The notes under the pieces: model-generated
Told to the model about the DNA's origin: nothing
The model's input: the letters and a program-made list of their open reading frames with translations, nothing else
The model's database searches: none
From: Scenedesmus sp. PABB004
Taxonomy: Eukaryota
Assembly: GCA_014905635.1 (NCBI GenBank)
Contig: JABVCE010000028.1
Location: 372,001-436,000, forward strand
Length of the DNA: 64,000 bases
Direction of reading: 5' to 3'
Position numbers and translations under genes: made by a program
Part shown: positions 13,128 to 24,328 of the stretch, piece after piece
Layout of the letters: the number at the start of each line of letters is the position of its first letter
Numbering within the stretch: position 1 is the first letter of the stretch

Positions 13128-14304
13128 ATGGCGGAGTACCTGGACAAGTACGTGGAGCGCGTGGCGGACGTCCCCGCGCACCTGCAGCGCTGCTTCAAGC
13201 TCGTGCGCGACCTCGACGACCGCAGCGCGGCGGCGCAGGCAGAGGCGGACGAGAAGAGCCGCCAGCAGCTCCTCGCGCTCCAGCCCAAGGCCGGCAAGGC
13301 GCCCAAGCGCACCCGGGCCAGCCAGGAGGGCCCGCTGGGCGCGGAGATCGCGGCGGCGCAGGCGCAGGTGCTCAGCTACGCCGAGGAAAAGGTGCGCACC
13401 TTACACCGCGCTGCTGCCGGCAGCGCGCGCCGCCGCCGCTGGCTGCTGCTGCTGTGGCCGCCAACCGCCGCCGCCCGCCGCCCACGCGCCGCCCGCCGCC
13501 GCCGCCGCTGCAGATGCGCATCGCGGCGCAGGTGTACGACCTGGTCGACAAGATCATCCGTGAGCTCGACGACGACCTCAAGGCCTTTGCCAGCGACGTG
13601 GAGGAGGAGCAGCGCGCGAGCGGGCTCGCGCCCGGCGAGGCCGCGTGCGACCGGCTCGCGCTCGACCTGGGGCTCGGCGGCGCCGGCGCGGGCGCCGCCG
13701 GCGACGCCGGGCGCGCCGGCGGGCGGCAGAAGCGGAAGTACGTCCGCCGCAAGGGCCTGTCGGCGGCGGAGGTCGCGGCGGCCGAGGCGGCGGCGGCGGC
13801 CGAGGCGGCGGCGGCCGCGGCGGCGGCAGGTGCGGGCGCGGGCGCGGCGCGCGGGCGTGTCAGGGCCGGGCGCGCGCCGCGACGGCGGGCGCCTGCGCGG
13901 CGCGGCCGCGCGCACCGCTCTCACCGCCCGCCCGCCTGTCGCGCTCACCGCCCGCCACGCGCGCAGCCGGCGGCGGCGGCGCCGCGCTGCTGGGCGGCGG
14001 CGACGCGAGCGAGCCGCGCTACTGCACGTGCAAGGGCGTGAGCTACGGGGAGATGGTCTGCTGCGACAACGACGAGTGCCCCACCGAGTGGTACCACTTT
14101 GGCTGTGTCGGGCTCACGCAGCAGCCCAAGGGCCGCTGGTTCTGCCCGGAGTGCCGCGCCGCGCACCCAGAGGCGGCCGGCGGCGAGCCCGCGCCGAGCG
14201 GCGCGCCGAGCGCGGCGGCGCCGGCCGGCGGCGGCGCGGCGCTGAAGGCGCTGAAGGCGGAGGCGGGACAGGGCGGCGGACCGCAGCAGAAAAAGAAAAA
14301 GTGA
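13128..14304 (+). CDS. ING: ING-family PHD finger protein
   Basis: N-terminal ING domain [94 protein letters not shown]. Confidence 0.93.
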
Positions 14305-14567
14305 CGGCTGAGGCGGCGGCGGTCGCGGCAGTTGAACCTGCTGGAGTGCTTACTCTGCGCACGCGTAACGCCCTGTCGACCGACCCCATGCCCCAACGCC
14401 TCACTCCTCGCCCTCGCCGCCGCCGTCAGCCTCGCCCTCGCCCGCGCCCGCGCCGCCCGCGACCTGCGCGGCCGCCGCCGCGGCGGCACCCGCCGCCGCC
14501 GCCGCCGGCAGCAGCCGGTCCGCGCGCTCCGCCTCGGCGGCGGGTGGCGGCGGGGCGTCCCCAAAGC

Positions 14568-15282
14568 TCAGCGGCGCCGGCGGCTCGTCGCCGGCCGCGG
14601 GCGCGGGCGCGCCGTCGCCGCAGCGCCGCCGCCGCCCTCCAGCTCCTGCTCGCGCCGCCGCCGCAGCCCGCCCACAGCGGGGCTCAGCAGCGCGCTGAGG
14701 CGCGCGGCCACGCTGTCCGCGGCCGCCGCCGCGCCGCCGGCGCCGCCGGCGCCGCCGAGCGCGGCGTCCGACCAGCTCGGCGGCCCCACGCGGCTGAGCA
14801 CGACCGGCAGCAGCACCAGGCCGTGCGCCGCGCCGAGGATGACGAGCGCCAGGTAGAGGCGGAAATAGTAGACCTGCGCACACACGCAGCACACACCGGA
14901 CGCAGCACACGCGCGCCCGCGGACGCGGCGGCGGCGGTGTGTGCCGGGCGTGGGTGTGGGCGTGGGCGGAGGCGGCGGCATGCGCTGGCAGCGCGCTGGC
15001 AGCAATCGCGCGCGCGGCGCGGCGGCGCGCGCGCCTCGAAGATCTGCGTCCGCGCCGCGCCGAGCACGGCGACGCCGAGGAGCTTGGTCAGCGCGATGCC
15101 GCTCGTGACGGGGGCGCCCATCTTGAGCAGCGCCGCGCGCGCGCGCGCGGGGCGGGAGCCGTGGCTGACGCAGAACGCGTGCAGCACGTGCGCGCAGAAC
15201 TCGACCGCGATGCCGAGCGCCATCGCGAGGTTGACCAGCGACACTGCCCGCGGCGGCGGCGGCCGCGGCGGCGGGGCAGGGC

Positions 15283-15314
<32 letters not shown>

Positions 15315-18300
15315 ACAGGGGGCAGGCGACGTCGGCGGCGGCGGCGGTGGGCAACGTCGGCAGCGGCGGCGCATGCGCGCGCCCCGCCCTCGGCGCGGGC
15401 GCCGAGGGCGGGCGGGGCGCCGCGGGCGGCGCGAGAGGGCGCGGCAGGCGGGACAGCAGCGCACCGGCGTTGACCTCGATGCCGGCGAGGTACATCGCGG
15501 CGCCCAGGTGGGCCATGAGGCTGGACAGCATGGCCAGCAGGATGCCGCTCGCCCACAGGCTGCTCGTGAAGGCCCACGCCGCGCCCGTCACGGCCAGCAG
15601 CGGCAGCCCCACCAGCAACAGCGCGTCCCTGCGGACGCAGGGTTAGGCGGCGGCCGCGCCGGTGCGGCGGCGGCGCCGGTGCGGCGGCGCAGGCCCCCGG
15701 GGGCCCGCAGAGGGCTGTCGCAGGCATAGGTTTTAGTACCTGTGTGTGTTGAGGTACTGCTCGAAGAAGACATGGAAGACGCTGTAGGGGTAGATGGGCA
15801 GGCCCAGCTCCGCCGACGCCTGCGGGCGCGGGAGGGAGGCGGGCGGTGCGGGGCGCGTTGTTATAGTTTACGTTACGTTACGTTTGTGTGACGTGTGAGA
15901 GAGACGGAGGAGGCGGGTGTGCCGGAGGGCCCGGGCGGGCGGGCGGCGGCGGCGGACCTGGTCCGCAAACGCGCGCGCGGCGCTGAGTGCGGCGATGAAG
16001 TCGTGCTGCTTGTTGAGTGGCGTGTGGTAGGTGCGGAACGACGACGCCGTGATGACGCCGCCGCTCAGGCCCGCCACGCCTGGGCGCGCAGGGCGCGGCG
16101 CGCAGGGCGCGGCGCGCAGGGCGCGGCGCGCAGGGCGCGGCGCGCAGGGCGCGGCGCGCAGGGCGCGGCGAGCGGCGCGGCGCGGCGCGTCGGCCGCGGG
16201 CGGGGGCGGGCGGGCGGGCAGCCGGGCGGGCGCGGCCGCGCGCGCGCGTGTGTATGGAGGGGAGGGGGCGGTGGGCGGCGGCGCACCCGTCGGGTCGGCG
16301 GCGTCGCGCTGCAGCGCCGAGTTGTAGGCCCCCGCGCCGCCCTTGGCGCAGCCCATGCTCGGCACCGCCTCCAGGAACCAGGGCAGCAGCCTGGGGGCGG
16401 GCGGGGCGGCGGGGCGGCGGTGCGGGGCTCGGGAGGCGGGCCGCCGGCCGGGCGAGGCCCGCGCGCGTGGCGCGGGCGGGGTGGGCGCAGCGGCACGCGC
16501 GGTCCCCGCGCACCGCGCGACGTCGGCGGCGTCGGGCCGCCCCGAGACCGGGAGCTCGGTGAAGCACGCCTGGCAGCCGGCGCACGCGCTCGCGTTGGCC
16601 GCGCAGGGCGGCTGGTCCGGCGGCGGGCAGCGGCTGCCGGCGGGCCCGAGCGCCGAGGGCTCGGGGTCGAGCCGGCAGCACTTGGGCAGCGCCGGGTTGA
16701 TCCAGGACAGGAAGTCGTCCACCCACGACGCCGCCGGCGTCGCGATGTAGCTGCTCCCGGGCGTCGCCGCCGCCTCGGCGACCTGCGGTCCGCACAAAGC
16801 ACGCGCGCGCGCGCGCGCGCTCAAGCGCCGCCGCCGCCGGAGCCGCTGGCGTCAGCATCGCGCCGCGCGCGCGCGCGGCGGCGCCGCGCCGCACCCGCAC
16901 GCTGAGGCTGTCCTGGCGGCACATCGCGACGCTGCAGAGCTTGTTGATGTCGGGGGCGTCGGCCGAGACGTTGACGCCGCCGACAACAAAGTAGAGGGGC
17001 GGGCCGACACGGAGGTAGGCCATCAGGTCCCTGCGGGGCGGGGTTTAGGCGGCGGCGGAGGGTTTGGGCCAGGGGTCAGGGTTTAGGGGAGGTTGCGAGC
17101 CAACGGTGCCTCGAGGGCGCGGGGCGCCGCAGGGGGCTGGCTGCCTCGGCGGCGAAGGCGCGCCGCCGCCATTGCGGCGGCGGCTGCTGGGGGTGGCGGG
17201 GGTGCGCCCACCGGTAGTATGGCTGCAGGTATGAGTCGCGCGGCAGCGCGACCGCCTGGTCGAGCCCGACCGAGAGGCGCGGGATGAGCGCGGCAGAGAG
17301 GAAGAGGCCTGATGGGGGGTGCGGGGTGCGTGGGTGCGTGTGCGTGCGTGTGTGTGCGTGTGTTGTGTGTGTGTGTGTGGGGGGGGGGGTGACGCGGCAG
17401 CAGCGGCGGCGGGGTCGGCGCGCGGCGCGCACGGCGGCCAGGCCTGCCGCGCGGCGGCGCGCGCGCGCCCCACCCGTGACAAAGACCGCGAGCACCGCGA
17501 CCTGCGCCAGCGGCTTCATCAGCAGCGGCGCGTGCACGCGCTCCATGTAGGCCTGGGCGGCGGCGCGGCGCGGCGCGTGGGGGGGGGGGGCACAGGCGCG
17601 CCAGCGCAGGGAGCAGGGCAGCTGCCTCGCGCGGCCGCCGCGGCGCGCGCTGCTCGCCCCGCGCCCGGCGCACCTGCAGCAGCGACTGCAGGCTCACGCG
17701 CTCGCCGTGCAGCAGCCCCGGCCCCGCCTTGGTCACGCCCGGCAGCGCCGCCGGCGGCGGCGACGCGGCGCGGCCGCGGCGCCGCGCGCCGTCGGGGCCC
17801 GCCGTGGACGACGGCGGCAGCTCCTGCTGGGGCGCGTAGTACTCGTCGCCGGGGTCGCCGCGGCGCGCGCCGCTGCCGCCGAGCGGGGCGTAGCCGCCGG
17901 CGCCCCCCGTCTCCTCCTCTTCCTCGGTGTCCACGTCATCGTAGACCCACATGCCCGCGTCGTCGAGGTACGGCACGCGCACGCAGGGCAGGCAGTCGAG
18001 CCGGCTCTGCGCCGCGCGCCGCGCGTCGAGCACCAGCAGCGACATGAAGACCGTGACCTGGGGGGCATTGAGGAGGGGGGTTGTCAGGTGTATCAGGGTT
18101 TATTCATCAGGAGTTTATTGGAGCAGGGTTTCAGGTGGGGCAGAGGGTTCAGAGAGAGGGGTCGACGCGGCGAGCGCGCGGGCGCGGGCGCGGCGGGGCG
18201 CCCGACGCAGGGCGCGCCGCCGCAGCGCGTGCACGCGCGCGCCGCCGCCGCGGCGCGGCGCGCACCTGCAGCAGGAAGTCGAGCGCGACCGCCGCGGCGG

Positions 18301-21300
18301 CGCAGATCGAAAAGTTGCGCACCGCCGGCATCGGCGTGAGGCCGCCCAGCCCAAACGCGAGCACCTCGCAGCTCGCCGCGAGCGTGATGGACGGCCCGGC
18401 CGAGCCGAGCGCGAGCCCCGCGCGCGTCGCCAGCGGCAGCGCCGGGTCCTGCGCCGGCGCGGCGCGGCGCGGCGCGGCCGTCTGCCGCAGCCCCTACCAG
18501 CCCGCGCGGAGCCCGCAGCGCAGCGCGCACGCCATCGCCGCACGCCGCACGTGCACGCCCGCGCGCACCTGGCGCTGCAGCGCGTGGGCCAGGACAAACA
18601 TGTTGTCCACGCCGACCGCGAGCACCAGGAACGGGATGACCTGAGCGCGGGCGCGGCATGGGGCGGGGCGGGGCGGCGGCGGCACGAGCACAGCGGGGGT
18701 GGGTGGGCAGCGGCGCGCTGGCTGCACCAGCCAATGCCCTCGGCCGCTCGCCCCTGAACCCCTGAGCCGCCTCCCTGAACCACCACAAAACCACGCACTA
18801 AAGAGCTCCTCCGCAACCCGCTGTGTTATAACATAAATCACCTCCATGATGATGAGCGTGCTCCACATGCCAAACAGGCTGCACAGCCCCAGCCCGCCCG
18901 CGACGCTCGCGGCGACGATCGCGACGCCCGCCGCGCCGAGGCCGGCGCGGGAGAGCACGAAGAGCTGCAGCACCTGCCGCGGCGGCGGCAGCGCCGCGAG
19001 CGCGAGGGTGATGTAAACAAGCATGACCGCGTACGAGGACGCCACGACGCCCGCGTCGGTGTAGCTCTCCCGCCGCAGCTCGTCCTCGACCGACCTGCGC
19101 CGCCGGCGGCGGGCGGGCGGCGCGGCGGCGGCGGCAGGGGCGGGCGGCGGCGCGGTGTGGGCTGGCGGACCGCCGGAGTGCCGACGCCCCGGCCAACCCG
19201 GCTGCCGCACCGCTCGGCCTGGAACGAGAGCGTGAGGTTGGCGGCGGCGGCCATGGCGCTGAGCTCGCCGCGCGCGAGCGCGACGAAGGCCGCCTCCCAC
19301 GCGAGCGCGGCGGCGCGCGTGGCGGGGCCCGAGTCGATGGGATAGGTCACAACAAACGCGGTCGCGTCGGCAGTGTAGTTCCTGTGGCGTGGCGGCGGCC
19401 GCGGCGGCGGCGGCGGGGATGACGGGGCGGGGCGGCGGCGGGGGCGGGCGTGGCGGCGGCGTGAGCGTGCGGGGGAGGCGCGGCGGAGCGTGCGGTCGCC
19501 GCTCAGCGGCGCAGCAGCGCGTGCGGCGCGCGTGCGCCCCGGGGCGCGCCTGAACTCGGGGCCGGTGGGGAAGCCGCCGAGCACGACGTGCGGGTCCATC
19601 GGCGCCTCAAACGCGGAGCGGCACTGCGTCGCCCAGTGCCCGAAGCAGTACTCGGGCTCGCCTTGGTCGCCCAGGGGCTCTTGGCCTGGTGGGTCGGCGC
19701 GGCGGCCGGCGGACGCGTGAGCCGCCGTCCCCCGCTGCGTGTCGCCGCCAGCGCACGCGCGCGCGGCCGCGCAGCACACAGCACACGCAGCGCGCGCCTG
19801 CTCTGCCTCATAGAAGGCGCGGTCCATGTGCCAGTACTGCAGCACGCTCTGCGTCGCGCACGCGCCGCCGACAAAGGGCTTGAAGCACACGTCGGTCAGA
19901 CGCGCGCTGGCGGGCGCGCCGTCGGCGCCGGCGTACGCCGCTGCGGCGCGCGCGGGGCGGTGACGGGCCGGGGCGTGACGGGTCAGGCGGCGTGTGCGCC
20001 GCGGCCGCCGCGGCCGCCGCTGCGACGAACACAGCAACGCACCCGCGAGCGCGTCGACCCTGGCCTGCATGTCGAACAGCAGCGCGATGTTGCCCGGCGT
20101 GACGATGCCCGGCAGGCCGCTCTGGGACGTGAAGTTGCTCGCCGCGGCCGGCGTCGTCGCGAGGATGAGCTGCGCCACGCGATAAAAGGGCCCGAAGCTT
20201 GCCTCGTACGCGGCGCGGTGCCGCGCGGCCTCGCTGCCCGGGCCGACCCAGAGCGCCTGGGGGCTCGTCTCGAGCCGGAAGCGCACGAGGCCGACGAGGC
20301 AGAGCGCGACGAGCAGCGCGCCCGCGCCGATGACGCGCCGGGGCGGCGCGCGCAGTACTCGCCCTGAGGGGCACGCGCGGCGGCGCGGCGCGCAGCGCGG
20401 CGGCGGCCGTGGGCGCGCGCGCGCGGCGCGCGGGCGGCTGGCGGCGCGCGAGGGGGCGGCCGAGCGGCGGCCACGAGTCCCGGCCGCGCGGCGCCGCGGC
20501 GGCCCGGAGCCCCGCCCGGCCGCGGGGGGCCGCACCAGGCGCGTGTAGGCGCGCTGCATGTGGCGCTCGAGCCAGGGGTAGTGCAGGTCACCCGGCAGCG
20601 GCTCCGTCTCGTCGGCGGGGTCGTCGCTGCCGCCGCCGTCGCCGGGGCGGCCCGCCCCGCGCGCGGCCGCGGCGCCGAGCAGCGGCTCCTCGGCTGCCGA
20701 CCGCGGCGGCGGCGGCGGCGGCGCGGGTGAGCGGGGGGCGGGGAGAGAGCGCCAGCGCCAGCGAGCCCGCGGCGCGAGTGCGAGCGCGCGCACCTTCGAG
20801 GCCGAGCTGCTCCTCCAGCAGCGCCGCGTCCTGCGCGCGCTTGTGGCGCAGCACGACCGAGACGGTCCCTGGCGGCGGCGGCGAGCGGTGCAGCGCGTTT
20901 GGGCGGCGCCGCGTGCCGCCACGCCGCCGGCGGCCGGCGCGGGGCGCTGCAGCGGTGCGGGGCGACGCGGCGGCACACGGGCGCGCACCCGCGGCCAGGG
21001 CGATGTAGGTCAGCAGCAGGCTGAGGTCCCAGCAGCTGATGACGCCCACGCGGCAGTGCGGCGGCTCCGGCGCGCCGGGGCGCGGCTGCGCGGCGGCGGC
21101 GGCGGCGGCGGCGCGCGCGTCCGCAGGGGCGCGCGCGCGCGCCGGCGCGGCCCCGCGCGCGCGCCGGCGCGCCCGGCCCCGCGCGCGCGCGCGCGCGCGC
21201 GCACCGCCGCGCAGCCGGGCGCCGCGGGGCAGTCGGCGCAGGAGCACATGAAGAGCGGGTCCCCGCAGCTGACAAAGCTCCCCGTCGCGGGCGCGATGCC

Positions 21301-22987
21301 CGGCGGCGCGGCGCTGCGGTTGCCGCCGGCGCCCGGCGGGTTGAAGTCCTGCTGGAACGGCGACCCCACGGGCGGCACGCGGCGGTCCTTGACCTCGCCG
21401 AGAAACTCCAGCCACTCCTGGCCGTTGGCCGCGCCGCCGCCGATGAACTTCATTGCCGGCAGGTTGGCCGCGCCGTACTTCACGTCCTGCGCGCGGCCAG
21501 GGCGGGCGGGCGGGGGGGGGGGGGGGGGGGCGTGGCAGGCGAGGCGAGGCGAGGCGAGGCGGGGCGAGGCGAGCGAGCGAGGGAGGGAGCGAGGGAGGGA
21601 GAGGGCGCGCGGGCGTCGGGTGGCCGCCGGGGGCGCAGCCGCGGCGGCGGCGGCAGCGCCGCGCGCCCGCCCCGCCGCGCCGCGTCGCGCGCCTTGCAGG
21701 AGGCGTAGAGGCTGTCGGTGAAGGCCGGCGCGGTCCAGACGGACACCTCGGCGACGGCGGTCGCGTTGTTGTCGGCCGCCGCCTGCACGGCCGTCACGTT
21801 GGTGAAGCTCGCCTGGTCGGGGGAGCAGGAGAGCACGCACCAGAGGTGGATGAAGTTGTGGAGGCAGGCGGGGCAGCCCACGGTGAAGGGCGCGACCTTG
21901 CCCGTCTGCGCGGCGGGGCGGCGCGGCGCGGCCGGGGCGCGTGGGCGCTGGCGGGCTGGCGGCGACCGCGGGCCGCGCAGCGCGCGTCGCGCCGCCGCCG
22001 CCGCCGCACGCTCACGTCGGTGGCCAGCTTGTCGAGCTGCTGCGCCGTGCAGCAGTAGCGCCCGTCGGCGCCGCCGTTGGACGCCCACAGGCTGGGGCAG
22101 GTCGTCTTGAGCTTCCCCGCGAGCTCGTCGCTCGGCGGCTGGGCCTGCGGGCCAGCGGCGGCGGGCGTCAGCCAACTGCGCCGCGCCGCGCGGCCGGCGC
22201 CGCGGCCGCCGCTGCCGCCGCCGCCGGCGCGCGCACCTCCGTGTTGTTGGCGCAGTTGAGCAGGTCACCGTCCTTGCGCCGCCCGCACACGCCGTACATC
22301 GCGCAAAACCCCGGCGCGTGGTTGAGCGTGAGCCACGTCGACGGGTCCACCGGCGGCGCGGGCGGCGGCTCCGGGCTCGGCGGCTCCGGCGCCGGCGGCT
22401 CCGGCGACGGCGACGGCGGCTCCGGGCTCGGCGCGGGCGGCTCCGGCTCCGGCGACGGCGGCTCGGGGCTCGGCGCCGGCGGCTCGGGCGCCGGCGACGG
22501 CGCGGGCGGCTCGGGCGCCGGCGACGGCGGGCCTGGCTCCGGGCTCGGCGCCGGGTCGTCGCGGAGCGGCCTGCGGCAGCAGCGGGGGGCGCCCTTGTGC
22601 GCTGCGCTCGGGCCCGCCCGGCCGCGCGCCCACGCCCCGCCGCCGCGGCGCCCCGCGCCCCGCCGCTGCCGCGCGCTGCTGCCGCGCTGGCGGCGCCGCC
22701 TGGCCGGCGAGGCGCGGCCGCGAGCCCGGACGTGCGTGCATCCCAGCGCCCTGTAGGCTCTCTGGGCGGGGCTTCCAGGCCCCGCCCGCGCTCGCGCTGC
22801 GAGCTGTCGGAGCTGCTCCAGGCATCACCGGGCCCTGCCGGCCGCTGTGGGGCTCGTGCCGGCCCGCGCGCCACTGCGTCAGGCCCCACATCACTCACCC
22901 TACGCTCACGGCGCTCGCCAGCAGGCAGGCCAGCGCCAGCGCGGCCAGGGCACCCGCCAGCTGTCGCTGCAGGCGTGAGGCCCTCAT
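14568..22987 (-). CDS. NPC1: Niemann-Pick C1-like sterol transporter, many exons; two apparent 1-nt deletions (~19655, ~20340)
   Basis: Signal peptide from ATG 22987. NTD FCAMYGVCG..LNC and GCPACLHNFIHLWCVLSCSPDQASF; GPFYRVAQLI; SSD LIIMEVIPFLVLAVGVDNMFVL; GLDQAVALPRDSYL; LRVGPPLYFVV; SFRTYHTPL; SLVNLAMALGIAVEFCAH; YYFRLYLALVILGAAHGLVLLPVVLS. Confidence 0.95.
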
Positions 22988-23356
22988 CCTGCCGAACAGC
23001 CGCGCCGCGGCCGGCGCTGACCCAACGTCCGGCAGGGTCTCACTCCGGAACGACGGCGCTGGCAAGGCGAGCAGCTGGCGCCGCGCGCTGCCGCTGCCGC
23101 TGCCGCTGCTGCGGCGGCACAGAGGGAGAGGCGGGCGGGCGCGTGTGGCCTGGCCCAGCGAATAGAGTGCTGCCGAGCGATATGGTGCAGTCACACCACC
23201 GTGGGGCCCTGGCCGCGGCGGCGAGTGCGGGGTTTGGGGCCGGGGCGCGACGTGCCGCATGCGTCATGGTTTACTGATGGCGTCGCAGACTCGACTGAGC
23301 AGCCCTCATCACCGCCATGCTCAAAAACTCTCCTGGCCGCTTCTGTTCACTCAGGC

Positions 23357-24286
23357 TCACAGCAAAGTGGCAGTCTCGCCGCCGCTGCGCTCGCCACCGC
23401 CGCCGCTCGTCAGGCCGCCGCCGAGCATGCTGTCGGCGCTGCGTATGAGCTCCGCGTCGGCGTCGGCCTGCGCGGGCTCGTAGTTGAGCAGCCCCGCGAG
23501 ACCCTGCTCCGGCAGGCGCAGCAGGTCGGCGCGGAAGACCTGGCCGCGCGGGACCTTGGTCCCGCGGGCCGCGCCCGCCATGCTGCCCTTGCCGACGAGC
23601 GCGGAGAGCACGCCCGCGTCGACCCACACCCAGTCGTCGGTCACCTGCGGTCGGCGCGCGGCGCGCGGCGCGCGGCGCAGGCGCGGTCGGTCGGCGGCGG
23701 TGCCCGGCGGCGTGCGCTCGTTGCGTGCAGGCGCCGGCGCCTGGCGGCCAGGCAGGGGCGCCGCGCGCGTGCGCTGCGCATGCCGCACGCCGAGTCGCAG
23801 TCGCGCGCACAGTCACACGCACAGTCGCACACAGATGACTGACTCTCACGCACACAGTCACACACACAGTGCCTCTCACCTTGAGCACTTTGACCTTCAT
23901 GAACTCGCTCACCCCCCGGGCCAGGCCCGGCACGAGCACGAGGTCCCCGGGCGCCAGCGCGTCGCCCTGCTGGCCGGGCGCCGCCCCGCCGCCCGGGCCC
24001 GCAGGCGAGACCTTTGCCGCGTAGTAGTCCACGACGGCCTGCACGTCCGACAGCTCCGCCTCGCCGCGGCGCACGCCCCGGGCCGCCTGCTGCACCTGCT
24101 CGGCGCGCGGCGGCGCGGCGGCGGTGCCAGCGCCGGCGGGGCGGGCTCAGCGGGCCGCGCCCGCGCGCGGTGTGGCGCGGCGTGCCTGTCCCGTGCCATC
24201 ACCAAGGGCGCACCTGCAGCACGATCTCAGCCTGCTCCTGGTCCACCCAGCGCTCCCTGCCCTTGAACTGCTGCCTGTGCACGCGA

Positions 24287-24328
<42 letters not shown>

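Noticed and set aside
16084..16170. Short tandem arrays (14-bp unit here; others near 4951-5070, 12136-12200, 31505-31580, 53142-53196) as CRISPR-like arrays
   Set aside because: No unique spacers and no cas genes; they are ordinary intronic or promoter minisatellites.
19640..20345. Two single-base frameshifts in NPC1, with similar breaks in SPINDLY (~29300), ODR4 (~57790), ~39890 and ~44720, as pseudogenisation or programmed frameshifting
   Set aside because: All lie in G/C homopolymer or GC-repeat runs within otherwise intact conserved genes; consensus indel errors are the simplest explanation (check with short reads).
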